From Sphagnum compactum (taxonomy: Eukaryota): 64,000 nt of DNA. This document shows, piece by piece, positions 27,315-41,285 of the stretch. How positions within the stretch are numbered: the first letter of the stretch is position 1; each line of letters starts with the position of its first letter. The notes beneath the pieces are model-generated. The model did no database searches, had not been told where the DNA came from, and saw nothing but the letters and a program-made list of their open reading frames with translations. The stretch lies in NCBI GenBank assembly GCA_965153455.1, contig OZ234493.1, positions 29,688,213 through 29,752,212 on the forward strand, given 5' to 3'. The translations under genes were made by a program, and so were the position numbers.

Positions 27315-27536
27315 CTACAAGTTTTTCACGGTCTCGATGACAAGTGCTAATGGACCCCTCGGAATACAGACGAGCAGCAGAAGCAAGGCAGACAGGGCTC
27401 CAAACATCGAAGGCAGTTGCAACATACTCGCTACTCCCCCCCCACCCCCATCTGAGCTCTGTGGCATCAACCCTGGTACTATCACAACACTCACGATCAG
27501 AAACAGAAGAAGAGAAAGGATGAAAAATGGAAGCAT
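27315..27536 (-). CDS. Small two-transmembrane protein, ARGOS/OSR-like (73 aa)
   Basis: MLPFFILSLLLFLIVSVVIVPGLMP-QSSDGGGGGVAS-MLQLPSMFGALSALLLLLVCIP...: two hydrophobic segments with OSR-like proline spacing. It is flanked by plausible 5'UTR (27911-27628) and 3'UTR (27290-27039) GT-AG introns. Confidence 0.55.
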   Translation of the reverse strand: MLPFFILSLLLFLIVSVVIVPGLMPQSSDGGGGGVASMLQLPSMFGALSALLLLLVCIPRGPLALVIETVKNL

Positions 27537-28080
27537 TTTCAAACCCGTTCCCGCATCAGTGCCTATCCCAGATCAAGTGCACAGAACACAGCTGGGAGGG
27601 AACTCTAGAAATGTATAGCTAAATGTTCATCCTGCACAAAGCTTTTTTCTTAGTACAAACAAACTCTGCATGAGAACCAGCCTTGTCCTCTGTTTGGGTT
27701 TGGTAATCAAAACTTCTAGTATTGGACACACACAATATTGTCTCGATAAAGACAACGCCAGAGTGCAAAAGCAAAAAGCAAGAAAGCAAAAGTTTCCCAA
27801 CACAAAGAAGACGAAGAGAATCAACTAAAAAGGCGCCTTCAATAGGCAGCAGCAAAGCTGCCAAGCCCCACCCACGAGCAGCATTACCGCCATGTCTGCC
27901 GAGAATCTTACGTTCACGAGAAATTTTTTTGGCAATCTCTGCTGGCACAATTCCTGATCCGCTTCCCATCATCCGCTTGCAAAAAATCTTCCTCTCTCAC
28001 AACTTCTTACCCAGGGACAGGCGTAGCCCCTAGGGTTCCATAGGGTTGCCATTAAGGAAATCTGCAATTCTCCCACCAAC

Positions 28081-28370
28081 AACTGAGTTCCCCTGCGGAT
28101 CATCTTTTCAGTTTATATACATGGGAGTTGAACTTTGGGCAAAACCATATGAGATACTTTAAAGAACATCTTGGTGAACTTGAGGAACCATTGTGAACCC
28201 CATGAAAACACGGAAAAATTCCCCCCAAAAAAAATCGCTACCCCCCTCCTCCTCCCCGAAGGAAAAAAACTGGACCCCTCATGAGTGCATGATGAGCCTT
28301 CTAGTTGGTTGCGTGAAACTTTTTATTTCCAAAACTGTTTGTCGCCATTTTTGGCCTGGGGTAATTGGCA
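28081..28370 (-). repeat. Dispersed non-coding repeat family (copy 1; related to 29780-30050 and 59620-60480)
   Basis: 'gtcgccatttttggcctggggtaat' is the reverse complement of 'attagcccaggccaaaaatggtga' at ~59626 and ~60127. 'tttcagtttatatacatgggagttgaactttgggcaaa' is the reverse complement of ~60336-60373. Confidence 0.8.
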
Positions 28371-28555
28371 AGAAGGCCACAAAGTTGTGGGACATAGCCT
28401 AGCAGCACAGTGGCTTCAAAAAAATGATTGTAACTTAATAATGTTGATATAGGTGACCGATCGATACTCATCACCCTTGCTCTTTTGTAAAAGTTGTGAT
28501 GATGATGATGGACATTGGCACCTGCAGTCTTGAATTCATCCAGAAGGATTGCCAA

Positions 28556-28710
28556 CATCATGCCAAAAACTTACAGATATTACAGACGACATGACCTACC
28601 TCCATGAAGAAGCTTTTAAGGTCTGTAATCTGTAAGTCTTTGAGATTAGAGACGACATGACCTGAAGAAGCTTTTTTTTAGGTCTGTAATCTGTAAATCT
28701 TTGCATGATG
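28556..28710. repeat. Hairpin/inverted repeat with internal tandem duplication
   Basis: catcatgccaaaaacttacagatattacagac pairs with gtctgtaatctgtaaatctttgcatgatg. The unit 'agacgacatgacct...gaagaagctttt...aggtctgtaatctgtaa' occurs twice. Confidence 0.8.
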
Positions 28711-29265
28711 TAAAAAGCACATGGCGCAACAGTTCTTCAATTCAGGGAAGAAGGGGCAGGTCAACTAGTCACCATATATCCAAGTTTATGAGTTTTTCCC
28801 CTTTCCAAAAGATTGCTGGTGACTTTGAGAAATCAAAATAAACTTGCCCAAACTCAATTGAAACGAGGGGGGTTTTGTGTCACACTGTGTTGTTGCCATT
28901 TACATTAAAATGTATCTGAAGGCAAAAGAAGAATTACGGAAACTCAAATATTTCACGATGCAAAAAATATATTTATAATCTTCCAAAAATCCTCTAAAAG
29001 AAAACAAAATCCTTCAAGATATTATAACTCTATTATAACTAATCTCAAGTTTCAACACAAGCCAAAATATCATCTTTCAAAAATCCTCCTATGAAAATAA
29101 TAGACCTATTATTATTACCTAGTAGGGGCCAAAATCCCTTAAGCTACTATACTCTATAATGAATCTAAACACAACAACATATCCTTGCCTTCGTAGGCAA
29201 CGTAGTCCAAGCGTCATTAGCAATGTTGTGTGGGTATATTGTTTTTGACATGTCCTTGGGTAAGG

Positions 29266-29266
<1 letters not shown>

Positions 29267-29301
<35 letters not shown>
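29267..29301. repeat. (TA)n microsatellite
   Basis: About 17 TA units. Confidence 0.95.
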
Positions 29302-29307
<6 letters not shown>

Positions 29308-29779
29308 GATTTACCTATTGGATAAAGTTATATTAAATGTCAAAATTTTCCATCAGGTTGGGGTATGAGTACACAAAAATTAATTTTTTTGGTAGATGTG
29401 TAGGCTTCAAATACCCCTTTATCAATATACCTTTTGGGGTCAAAAATGGATTTTTTTATTTATTTATTTATTTAAAAATGAAGGAAATTTTCCACATTTT
29501 TGAATTTTTTAAAAAAAATTCAGAGATCAAGTACAATGTCAAAATGCAAGAATCAAAGTGTTTGATTTGTCCTTAATTAGGATAAACATGTTTATGATAG
29601 AACACTTAGTATATCAAAAGACAATTATATCATGATTGACCCTCGATTGATGATGGAGTTTTTAAATAATTTTTAGCTCATCTTTGGGCACTCCAATAAG
29701 TTTTTGAATCGTCTAATTTCATTAAGTAACATGAAAGTTATGGCTCTCCAAAATAAAATATTTTCCATTTGAAATATAT

Positions 29780-30050
29780 CCTTGCCACACCTATCACTCC
29801 TAATATGTACACTTTTATCACATGTTAACCATCCTCAATTTTATCTCATATGGTTGGCCCAAAGTTCTCACCTTCTCACCTATATAGTTGGGCCAAAGTG
29901 TAGAAGTTACATCCTTACATAGAATCTTATGTCTTGGGGAACTTCCAAAGTTTCATTTTATTTTTTGTGTTTCCTTTTGTGATGGGCCAATGAAGTTGAC
30001 TAATTGCCAAAGAAAAAACAAGCAAGTTTGGAGGCCCATCATTTAATAAT
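29780..30050 (+). repeat. Dispersed repeat family (copy related to 59900-60070)
   Basis: Shares 'acctatat..gggccaa', 'ttcca.agtttcatttt', 'gtgatgggccaat' and 'ttggaggc' with 59910-60060. Confidence 0.7.
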
Positions 30051-31992
30051 ACAACTAACAAACTTTAAGGTTTAAGGCATGTTTCTCTAATTGTTTTTAC
30101 CCAAATGCCAAAACATATCAAATTATAAGTATTTTTTACATATATTCAAGGTTATGAATAGAGTATAATTTTCAAATTTACATACCTTTGGGTGTGCACT
30201 TCATTACGGTGTGTCCATTTGAAGAAAATAAGTTTGGGCAAATAATATACCCTATTTGCACCTAGTGGGTATATATGGGTAAAAGATGTATCAACACAAC
30301 ACTTGGGATTAGTAAGATATCATTTTTTTTACTTAGTGGTTTATCCCACACTATGCATCTATATAAGGGTTTCATCAAATTGAACCCCTATCCTCATCAC
30401 TTATAGTATTTATTTTTTAAATGTTTCATTTTTAAAAAAATGAATTATGATAACTAGGTTGCAAGAACTGCCTAAGAAAATTAATATTTATCAATTTTAG
30501 GAGAAAAATCCATACAAAAATCAACAATTATAATAATAATTATAATAATAATTGAGAATCTGAAACCTTAAATTATTATTTTTAATCTGAATGTTTTTTT
30601 AAAAAACTCTAAAACAATTTTCTAAAACAACAAGAAGAACTAGAATTAACGGTTCTCTAAAACATGTGAAAACTGCCCAACACTAGTGGGAACCTTGTGT
30701 GCAACTTCAAAAGGGCTACACCAACTATGTTGACATGGGGGTTGAAAGGTGGATGAAAGAAGTTCATGCAACTAATATACCACAAATTTGATAAAAACAT
30801 CATTTTAATAAGTAAAAAAAAATATGCATCATCAAATTATTTCTTGAACTTATGATTGTGAAAAGGTTAAATCCTTGTAAGCACTAGGGACATTAATTAT
30901 GAATTGAAAGTAAATTAGGTATACCATCAATAAACACTAGTGTTAAATTATTTATGCAAATTTACCCTAAAATGTTGCATATGCTTCATTTGCATCTTGT
31001 TTTATCCAACTCTTGATGGATGGCAAAATGAGTTCAAATCAACCTTGAAGCTAACAAAAGATTTTCATGATTTTGAGTATTAAAACCATTTTGCAAAATA
31101 TCATGTTTTAATCAAAATGATTTCCACTTGCCTTTATTTCTTGTAGAAATTTAACCCTAAACATTGTGACAATGAAAATATACACAAAAAAATAGCCATG
31201 TTGAGCTTGGCTAATGTTTAGGAGTTAAGAGACAACATGACCTTCACCTAGAAATAAAGAAAGAAGTGACAAGACCTGGAAACAAACCAAGAACAAGGAA
31301 TGATAGGACCCCCACCAAAGGACAATAGGGGAAAAACTAGTGATTTTAGGAACAATGAACATCTTTGGGTCACTATTATAATGTTGTTAAAGTGTTCTAT
31401 GAGATCATATTGCATGGTTTTGCAATCCATTACTTATGTGTTTGTTACTACATTATATGTTTAGTTTGTTAATTTTGTTACGGACTTTTGATCTTCTTTT
31501 TCAATGTTAGAATTCCAACACGAAGGGTGTAATGTTTTAGGGTTTTGAAGTTGGTTAGGTTTGGAGGTAAACAAAGAACATTCATCAATCTAAAGACTAG
31601 TCACAACAACGCTAACTTGTGAGCATATGACGTGAGCACATGAACAAGTGAGCATGGAGTATTCTTATTTGAAATATTTTCTATCATGTAAATAAAATAT
31701 TACACAAATATTTTTTGTCAAAGAAAATATTTTTCCATGTGGCATATATACATACATTCGTACATATGTTGTTGAACAAGAATTTTTAAACCTTGTGATG
31801 GATGTAGATGGCAATGTATGTGAGAATGGATGTTATTTTCTATTTTATAAATTTTAACTTCCATCAAATAATTTAAAGTTTATTTTTGAGGGTTGGAAAG
31901 CCTATCTTTCAAAAATCAACAATATAAGTGAAAAACATTTTCTTGCACTCCACATTCAACAAAAGTAAAAAAAATGAACATAATCATTATAC

Positions 31993-34900
31993 AAAAAACA
32001 TGGCATCCATGATTTGAACATATACTACAAGTCTCCCAATTTAATCATGGAATAATATATTATTTATAACTATGTCATTTTTGTGACTATAATCATTTTC
32101 ATGACTACATGACTCTACATGATTATAGTCATTTATTTTTAATTACTATATGTGTCATTAAATTTCTTTGAACAAAAGTTTTACATTAAAAACCTTGATG
32201 GAGGGCTCATATGCAAATTGAAAACTCTCATTCACCCTAAAAAAAAAAGCATTGATATAGCTTAAGTTTTTAGGATACTTAGCTTCAGGTTACTTAGCTT
32301 CAGTAGTTTTGTTTTGTAGGTTAACAAAGGTTGTTTAAGGCCTTAAATGTCTACATTTCATAAGTCAATAAATACCTATTATTCAATTATATTTCTCAAT
32401 TGTAATAATAAAAGTCACATGATTAATGGCATAAAGAAAGCACCTCCTTTAAAGGGTCATCGATTCTTAGAGGTTTTTGTTTTGTTATTGCCAAAGCCAT
32501 TCCGCCTCATGGCCTTCAAGATCAAGAGTGGAGAAGTGAAAATAAACACCTTATGAATGCCATTGCCTTTTGTTTCTCTTGGGTCAACTCCACCTCGTCG
32601 CCTTCAAAGCAGGAATGCCATGACAACGAGTGCCATGATGAGAAGGAGGCCCCTTCGGGAGCAACCCAAGTGGTGTTTTTTGAATCTTGTTTCACCTCCT
32701 CTTAGGAGGCACCGTTATAACCTTCCCAAGACGCCTTTTTTTCTAGTCCTTCATTCCCGAAAGGGATGAAATCCTCTCAAGTCCACATTCCTTGAGGTTT
32801 TTGTTTTGTTTTTTACCAAATGCTTAAAGAAACAATTTTGTGAGCAAATGATGCATCTCTTATATTTTCATAATCTTATGTTGCTACTTTGATTAGTTGG
32901 TTACATGTGCTTTCTAGGGTGGGGAAATGCCAAGTTCTCAAAACTTGAACAAAGAGGTAAGACACATCTCCTATTGATCATGATAGAATTTGACTTCTTT
33001 TGGATGTTTGCATTCCATTTAATTCAATGTTTTCATTATGCAACCATTTTTTAGGAGTCTATACTTCCAACAATGTATAACTTTCTAACCAAAAATGTAC
33101 AATTAAAAAAAAAATCAGTTTCAAGAGCTTGGGGAGGATTCAAATCCCAATATGTACGAAGAAGTATGGTTTATGAATGTTTTATGTGAAGTTTTTAAGG
33201 TTCTACTCACACTGGTCCAATTTGATCATTTTTTGTTGGATTTATTAGGATGAAAACCTAGATGAAGAGTTTGAGTAGACATCCAAAATGTTGTCATACA
33301 TAGGAAAGGTAAACTTCATTGGATATATACAACAATTAGTAATGACATAAGGCATTATGATTTCTTTTACATCTTTTGAATCATTTGAATGTTTGTTGTA
33401 TGGCTATGTGTGTTGATGCAAAGGTGAAGAAAGGAAAGAAACGAAGATGGACATAAAAAATTTAGTGGAAAAAACTTTTCTTAAGTGGCTACACAATAGG
33501 TGAGCCAGTTTACCATTTCCAAATATGTCATAGTGATGGGCTTTCAAATATGGTTGTACTTGTGTGTGGCAATGACATGGCTTCCCCATCCATTGAATAT
33601 TTTATGCAAATCTATCTTGAGTTGCCACTAGAATTTTGTTTCTTACAACCCAAAATTATTATTTTCATCTTTCAAAACCATATTGACCATTTGCAAAGTA
33701 CAACTTCATTTTTTACTTGGAACGCAAAAAGTCCATCCATAGGAAGCTGCAATGAAATTTGTCTTGAGGTCCAATGTCGTAGCTCCAGTTTTGTCCGAAA
33801 GTGTAAATGTCAATGGAATGAGTTGAGTGTTTCAAACTTGTCATTCAGTGCTAACCATAAAGGAGGTGTCAATTGTATTTTTTGCTTATAACCCAAATAG
33901 TAACTTTTGAGAAGAAACTTGATTAAAAACTTTCTTGATGTACTTGTTTTTTCATTGAATCCATATGGTCACAATCCATAATAATATTCATTGGAACATG
34001 TTTAGAAAAGTCAACAAATACAATTTAACAACATCTGACAATAACACATTCTATGTTGGAAATATAAAATTTCTTTCACAAAATGTGTAATTAAATATTC
34101 ATAAATTAAAAGATGATACATTATTTGGTATGGGGTTGAGTTATATTTATGAAAGTTTGGTACCAATTCTCCACTTCCCAATTATGTCCTTTAAATTAAG
34201 GTGTCAATGGAATTTATCAAAATATTTAATCAATCCTAATCATAAAGGTGATAACAAATAATTTATTTCCTTTCAATATCAAAACTCACCATCCATAGGC
34301 ACATATATGCCCTACTATGGTCAAGTCCATTGTTGCAAGATAAAATTTGAGGTGACAAACTTGTGATTCTTTGTTATTAGGTATGAACAAACTTGGTACG
34401 CTATTTATTAGGGTTTTCCATTTTCTATTGCATAATTGTGTTTTTCAAAATTAGTTGTCTTGGAACAAAATTGGAATTATCAATCTTTTCTATTCAAGAT
34501 GAATGTTTACCCAATTAGAATTAATCACATATGTCAAGTGAAAATATATAATCCAAGTTTCCATTCTAGAGTTATTGTCCCATTGACTAAAAGTGTATAT
34601 GGAATTCTTCACAACCCTTAATCGATGCCAAACATATTTGCATATAGTGCATATAGTTGGAAAATATAATGAAATAATAGGTATTTTTTATTTTTGAAAT
34701 GTAAAAATGTGTTTAAACATAATAAAGCCACATCAACCCTCTAACCACCTATTTATTAACATAATTTATGAACCTTGCCTTAAACAACTTTGGTTGACCT
34801 ACAAAATTAGACTACCTAAATTAAGTAGCCTAAACCTAGGTAGCCTAAAAACTTAAGCTAGAAGCTTAGGTAAGTAGGTATGCACAACTAGGTAGGTAAG

Positions 34901-36038
34901 CCTAAGTAGGTAGGTAGGTAGAATCCTTTTTTTCTTTTGGTCACAAGCCTTTTTTTGTTGGTTCGTCACAAGTGGTGCTTGTGCTTGGAATGTGTTTAGT
35001 GCATGTATTGTGTGTAGACCAATATTATTTCATCAATTTATGTAATTAACAAAGTTGAACTTGTTGACAAATGATATGAGATAAATTTTGATGAAAAGGA
35101 ATTATTACAACATTATCCCACAACCTATTTCATGCAAAAGTAACCAACTTTAACCATTTTTTTTTTCCATTTTTTTCCAAATGGAAAAAATAAACAAAAA
35201 TCATTCTTAATTATTTTTCCAAGATGTACACATCTATTGAATTTTTTAATAAAAAAATCAAGTAATTTGATTTTAAATGCATTTGAATCTTCATTATTTC
35301 ATACATTTGAACAACAATGATGTTTTGAAGAATTTTTTTTTTCATAATGTTTTTGTAAATTAACCTATTTAAAATCAACATGGAATTATTTCTGTAATTT
35401 TAAAAATAATATAAAATTAAAATCAGATTTCCCCACACCTTAAATAATGTGGTTCAAATAAAATTGGAACAAGTTGAACATTTTCATTTTTAATTTGTAA
35501 AAAAAATCCCAAAATGTGGGAAAAATCACCAAAGTTTCAAAATCACAATATTGAAAGAAATAAGTTTTTGAAACAAGCCATAGCATAACAAAAAGCTTGA
35601 AAAAAATTCTACGTTGTAAAAGTTTATGTAATATTTATTTTTTAAACGAATTACTGTGTATGATTAGATCCAAACCAGGTTCAATTTTGTGGATTTAATT
35701 TTATACCAATATTTACATAAGGATTTCATAATACATTGTAAACTCCATTGCATCCAAATGAAAATATAATATCAATGTATTGTGTATTTCGACAGTGAAT
35801 TAGAGTTTTCAATTTGCAAATATGAGCCCTTCATCAAGGTTTTTTAATTTTGAAAAATTGGTCAAACAAAGTCAATTACACACATAGTAATTTTTTAAAT
35901 ATGACTTAGTCATGTACATTCATGTAGCCATGAAAATGACTATAGTCACAAAAATGGCATAGTTATAAAGCATGTATTACCCCATGAGTAGATTGGGCCA
36001 TTAGTTGTATATGTTCAAGTCACACATGCCATGTTTTG
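31993..36038. mobile_element. Non-autonomous DNA transposon with long terminal inverted repeats (Mutator/foldback-like)
   Basis: 31993-32235 is the reverse complement of 35795-36038; 32258-32341 of 34778-34860; 32351-32404 of 34651-34705. No intact transposase ORF lies inside. Confidence 0.75.
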
Positions 36039-39000
36039 GCGTATTGTAAGGAATTTCTTGATTCAAATTGTGTCGAAATGATGACGTATTGTCACCAAGT
36101 GGTTTAGTCCAACAACGCAAGTGCCAATACTACATTGGTATACAATAAAATTCAATGCTACTTATTTATGGATGTGTATGAGTATGTTAGTATCCCATTA
36201 TTATGTCCCATTGATTAACTCTTAAACCCTTCAATTCGTGCCAACTTTAAAAGATGTGGTACATGTATTCATTTTTCTTGGAAATCTGAATTCTTTCAAT
36301 TAGTGTTGACCATAGGGAAGGAACATTTTGTATATTTTTTACTAGGAACATAAATTATATGAATATATAATATGGTTGATTGATATGAACCGAAATTTTT
36401 ATAGTATTTCCCAATTGCCATTTTTAACTAGTGCAATGGTCATAATGCATAAATAATTTTAATAAGTTAGTAGGTTGTAACATTTCTTGGGTTAAAATTT
36501 GGATTTCGAAATTCTCTATCATTGCTTTATATCTAGCTCCAAACAATGCAAGGTTTCAATCCCCTCAATAGGTTTAGAAGTGACAAAATAACTTTGACAA
36601 TTGTTTATAGGTTATTTGCATGTGTGTAGTTTTGCATGCATTCAATATGTCCCATATTTTTAGGAGTGTCACAAACCCCTCAATTAGTGCCGATTATAGG
36701 GGAATGATCTTTTTTCCCCATGGAACCCAAATGGATCCTTCCATATTAAAAACTAATGCAATTTGTCTAAACGTTTAACATTTTCTTGGAAGTTTGATTG
36801 AATTTGTTGAACTGAATTTGCTAAAATGGCAAATGTAAGTAGTACTTTCATAATGAAGGATATATTTCACAACTTGTTTTGCAGTCAAATTTTGATTCAA
36901 TTCTCCTTTCCTAGATTTTGTTTCATACATTCCAAAATGTTTCAAGACCTTCAATTGATGCTAACCATAAGGTTGGTGCCACTTGATTTTTTTGCTTGGA
37001 ACACATATGGTCACCATCCACTAGCTTCATTGACTCCTCGATTGTAATTTTTATCACCTCTTGTTCATCTCCAAACTCTTGTATATGGTAACTACAATTT
37101 TGAATTTGTCCCATTCCTGTAAGGTATGGGGTTGTGTGAAAAAACAATTGAAAGTATCCAAAAAAATAAGACAAGTTCAACACCAATGAAATGTTGAAAA
37201 GGTTCAAGGTTCATCCCAAGAGCAAGGTGAGAATGAACATTTTACTTTGCTAAATGATTACAATGCCAATAGTTCATCATGCTCTCAAGATCGATGTCTT
37301 GAAGATGAAATAGACATTAATCCAAGTGGGGTATAGGGGGGCAAAAAGGTATTCTTCATATCACCTACAAATTGACAATTTCATGAGAAGAATGTTTCCA
37401 ACTTTGAAACTCATGGAGTCTTATATGGAAGGAGAAGAATGATAGGTTCAAAAAACTTTTGAAGGGGGACCTGAACCTTTCCAAGTTGTTGGGGAAGATG
37501 TTCCACATTTAGGATGGTAACCATATACTTCAAGTGTGGTGCCATACACGAACATGGTACATCATGACAAAAAGGATTGGCACATATGCATGGACAACTT
37601 CATTTTTGACTCCAATAACAAGCTTGTGGAGTTCCTCACCATAATGATGAACTTCAACAAATGCATATCCCTAAACGCATCACCACTGCATACAAATTCA
37701 AGGAGTGAGTTTCCATTAACCTCAATAATTTCAATCTTTCACAATGTAGGTCAATGGAATTAGATCTTGTCAAACCATCCTTTGTGCACAACTTCTTCAA
37801 GATTCATAACATCAAGACAATACCTTTGTAACAATTCAAGGATGTAATCATTAGTCCAAACATGGGGCGTAGTTCAGTAGTTTAAATCATTATAGGATCG
37901 TAAAAATGAAATATGTTATCCCACCCTAGTCATTTCACCTTGCTTAAAGTTATGTCATTATAGCGTCATTATGTAATCATCATGTTTCATCACTAATTGA
38001 TATAATCCACTATTTAGTATTAATTGAAGTAATTCATTATAATAAATAGGTTTTTTTTATGTTGTTATTTTAAATACCTTAAGATATTATACTTTCAATT
38101 ATTTTGAATTATTCTACCCCATGTTATTCTCAATTATTCTCAGTTATTCCACCTTGGGCTATAATACTTTAAGTTCACCTCAAGTTATTATATTTTAGGT
38201 TATTTTTGGTTATTTCACCTTAGGTTGTATACTTTAAATTATTATTGGCTATTTTAGGCTATTCCAAACTAGGGTGAAATATCCAAATGGGACTCTAACC
38301 ATAGTTTCCCTCTATTTTCTATAAGGATTGCATATTAGCTTCCTTTCAAATCGTGTAGATTTAGAATCAAGAACACATAGAAGCCACAATAAGGTATTAC
38401 ATATTTGCATAATGGGTATCCAATTGTTTGATATGTTTATGAAGTTTATTAATTCAAAATTCATAACCAAAACCAACCACACATATTATGGAAAAATATA
38501 GTTGATAGAAAAATGAAGGGGAATAATGCAAGAAAGGCTGCATTGTTGATGAATTGTTTTTTGCTCTATAAAAACACTGGAAATTGTTATCTTTTTCATT
38601 ATTTGCAATCCAAGAACATCCCACATAAAACCAAGTATAATTCCCTTTAAAACATCAAAAACCAATCCCAATGTGATCTTGTTCCACAACCCCGTTATGC
38701 AATTTTTTGGCGGGACAAAAAACCCTACACTTAAATTAAACCATGTCCTAAGGATTCAACAATGAAAAACAACCCTAGAACCCTCCAAAACCTTAACAAC
38801 TTTGCAATAACTTTAGAACTATGACATTGTAAAAATGTCACTTGTTTAACAATGGATAACAATGTTGGAAGGAAGGTAGTTAAAGTTGAAATAATAGTAA
38901 TAGTTGGGACTATGATGTATACAATTTCATTTAAAATTTTGTGTATCAAATTTTTTGGTTATATTCACCTTGTTTATAATGTTTATGCCACAAGAACACA

Positions 39001-41285
39001 TTGGTGTGTTTGCTAAATTGTACACAACTACATTATCCATCACAATTTTGTGTGAGACTAATGGTGTATAGGATTGGGCACATGGTCCACATTTTCACAC
39101 AAAGTTCCACACCTATATTTATTTCATGTACATGTATGGCTTTTTATTGGCCCCATGATATGTCATGAGGATGAAAGGGACAAACAATGTGTAAGTGTGT
39201 CATGCCATAACCTATATTCCAATGGGTTTTGTGGTTGTGAAATTCCACAATCTCAGTGTGCAATGTGGCATGTTGAATGAGCCTAGTGGCAATAAAGCTT
39301 CTATTCAACAAACTTCACATTTTGTGATCACCATCATGCTTCATGTCCTTGTTCTTTTGTAAGACATAACACAATATTTCTCTTTACATATTGTGTTATA
39401 GAGTAATGCAAATTTTGGGTGATAAATTCACAAATAAAATGTTCGTAGTTGTTCATTGGACAATTGTTCTAAATGTTTTGCTTAGTTTGGGTATGTTAAC
39501 ATTGTTCCATAACTAGTGGCCACATATGGTGGGTTTCATGAGCTTGGGGCTAAAAAAATATTGATTTTGAGTATCCACCCTAGGATGTTTTTAATACTAA
39601 GTTATTTAAACTAATGTCATTGAATAAACACTTGTTTGTAAAGATTGTTGATGTTTGGTGGAAGTGAGTGTGTCCACTTTCGCACCATTTCATCGTTTTG
39701 TTCCAAATGATTGTTAAAGGGAAAATAATGTTTTCCTTGCAACAACTTTTTTTGGTTAGAGTGTCTAGTGATGAGCAACTCAACACTTCCATTTCCATTT
39801 GGATACATGAACTAAATTACAATGCACCAAAGTTGCACATTTATGGGCAAGTCCATTGGACCTTCTTTCCACTAGGTGTAAATCCAAAACCGATCAACCA
39901 ATTGCATTAATTTTGGAGGTTGCAAAAGGTAGTACTCATTGCATTCACCCATTACCTCTATATGTTAAGTAACATGCTTTGTACATCATATCATCACCTT
40001 GGTCCTTATAATGTTGTCTATGTTGCCATGGCCATTGTGTGGAAAGGGCTTTCACTTGGAAAACATCCAAACCGCACCAAGGGATGTGCTAAACAACACA
40101 CCCAAACCTTGAATGTTAATATTATTGTTGACACATTTTTCATGAGTACGGCGAACATTTTGACTTGAACCCTTAAGGTTATTGCATATTGGACAATGTT
40201 CTTCTTGATAGTCCAATAAGATAACAAAAAACTACCTGTACCGGTCAATTGGCAACATGTTTTCAATGTTGATGTCATGTTCACTATGGATGATGAAAAC
40301 ATTCCCATCAATGATGACATCATGTTCTTCTTATATGAGGTCATGTTCCCATATGTGAATGCATGGGAGGGTGATGTTTTCGTGTGGGATTGTGTGAAAA
40401 CATTTGGGAACACATCACCTTGGGCCATGTGAACATCATGCCACACATGTCAAATGGCGCAATGTCGCCCATGCCACATCACTATCCTTCCACATCAAAA
40501 TCACATATGCATGATGTCGTCCATCACAAAAGGCCATTGATGTGGTTAAAAGGTCATTAATGATGGTGCATGTCGTGTTTTGTCAACTTATGGGTGGTTG
40601 CACTACACATCCACACTTGTACACCTAGAGCTTTGCACCCATGATCTCCGCACTCATGTGATGATGGTAACAATGCATTAGTTTAGATTGTCAACATGGT
40701 TGTTAAGTGTAAACATTATAGTTGTAAGTGGTAAGGTAACTAAGGCTAAGCAAGAATTTTGTAATGGCCTAATCAGGATAGAAATTAGGGTTTTGTTGAA
40801 TAGGTGTTAACAACCCTAATTGTGGAGTGTGGATGGACCATAAGTCTTGAATCCTGGAGGTTGCATTGTAGAGAGAGAGGCTGTGGATGAAAAACCCTCA
40901 CACAATCACGGCATCCAGCTCCTCCTACTATTCGATGCGCGGTTCATCCGTGCGGCATCCTTCCTGCATCCAAGCTTCGTCTATATGGTGCTCGCTCGGA
41001 GTCGCAGACAAGGAATGCAACACACACAGCCCTCAACCTCTGAAGCTTTTCAAGGTTTTCTGGGTCCTGTCCGCTCTTCGACTTTTTTGTTTTCAGCAAA
41101 TAATGTTGGCGAGGAGAGAAATTTGTGTCAATTTTTGCCTTCAGTATCTCCTTCCTGAGCTTGAGAGTGATTTTCGTTTTTTGATTTCTTTGCATGTGTC
41201 GAAAACAGAAACTCGAATAAAGAAATATCAGAGGTGATGAGGGATCTTTAGCAGGGCGAGCATCCTCGATCTATATAAGAGAGTA

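Noticed and set aside
27337..27618. Plus-strand ORF containing TPPPPP (ARGOS-like loop)
   Set aside because: It is the antisense reading of the Gly-run codons and has no flanking transmembrane segments.
37864..37905. tRNA-like start GGGGCGTAGTTCAGTAG
   Set aside because: No T-loop (GTTCRA) or acceptor-stem complement at the expected distance.
36800..40500. Possible transposase or retroelement coding remnants
   Set aside because: Looks like decayed TE DNA, but no diagnostic motif could be identified, so no family call is made.
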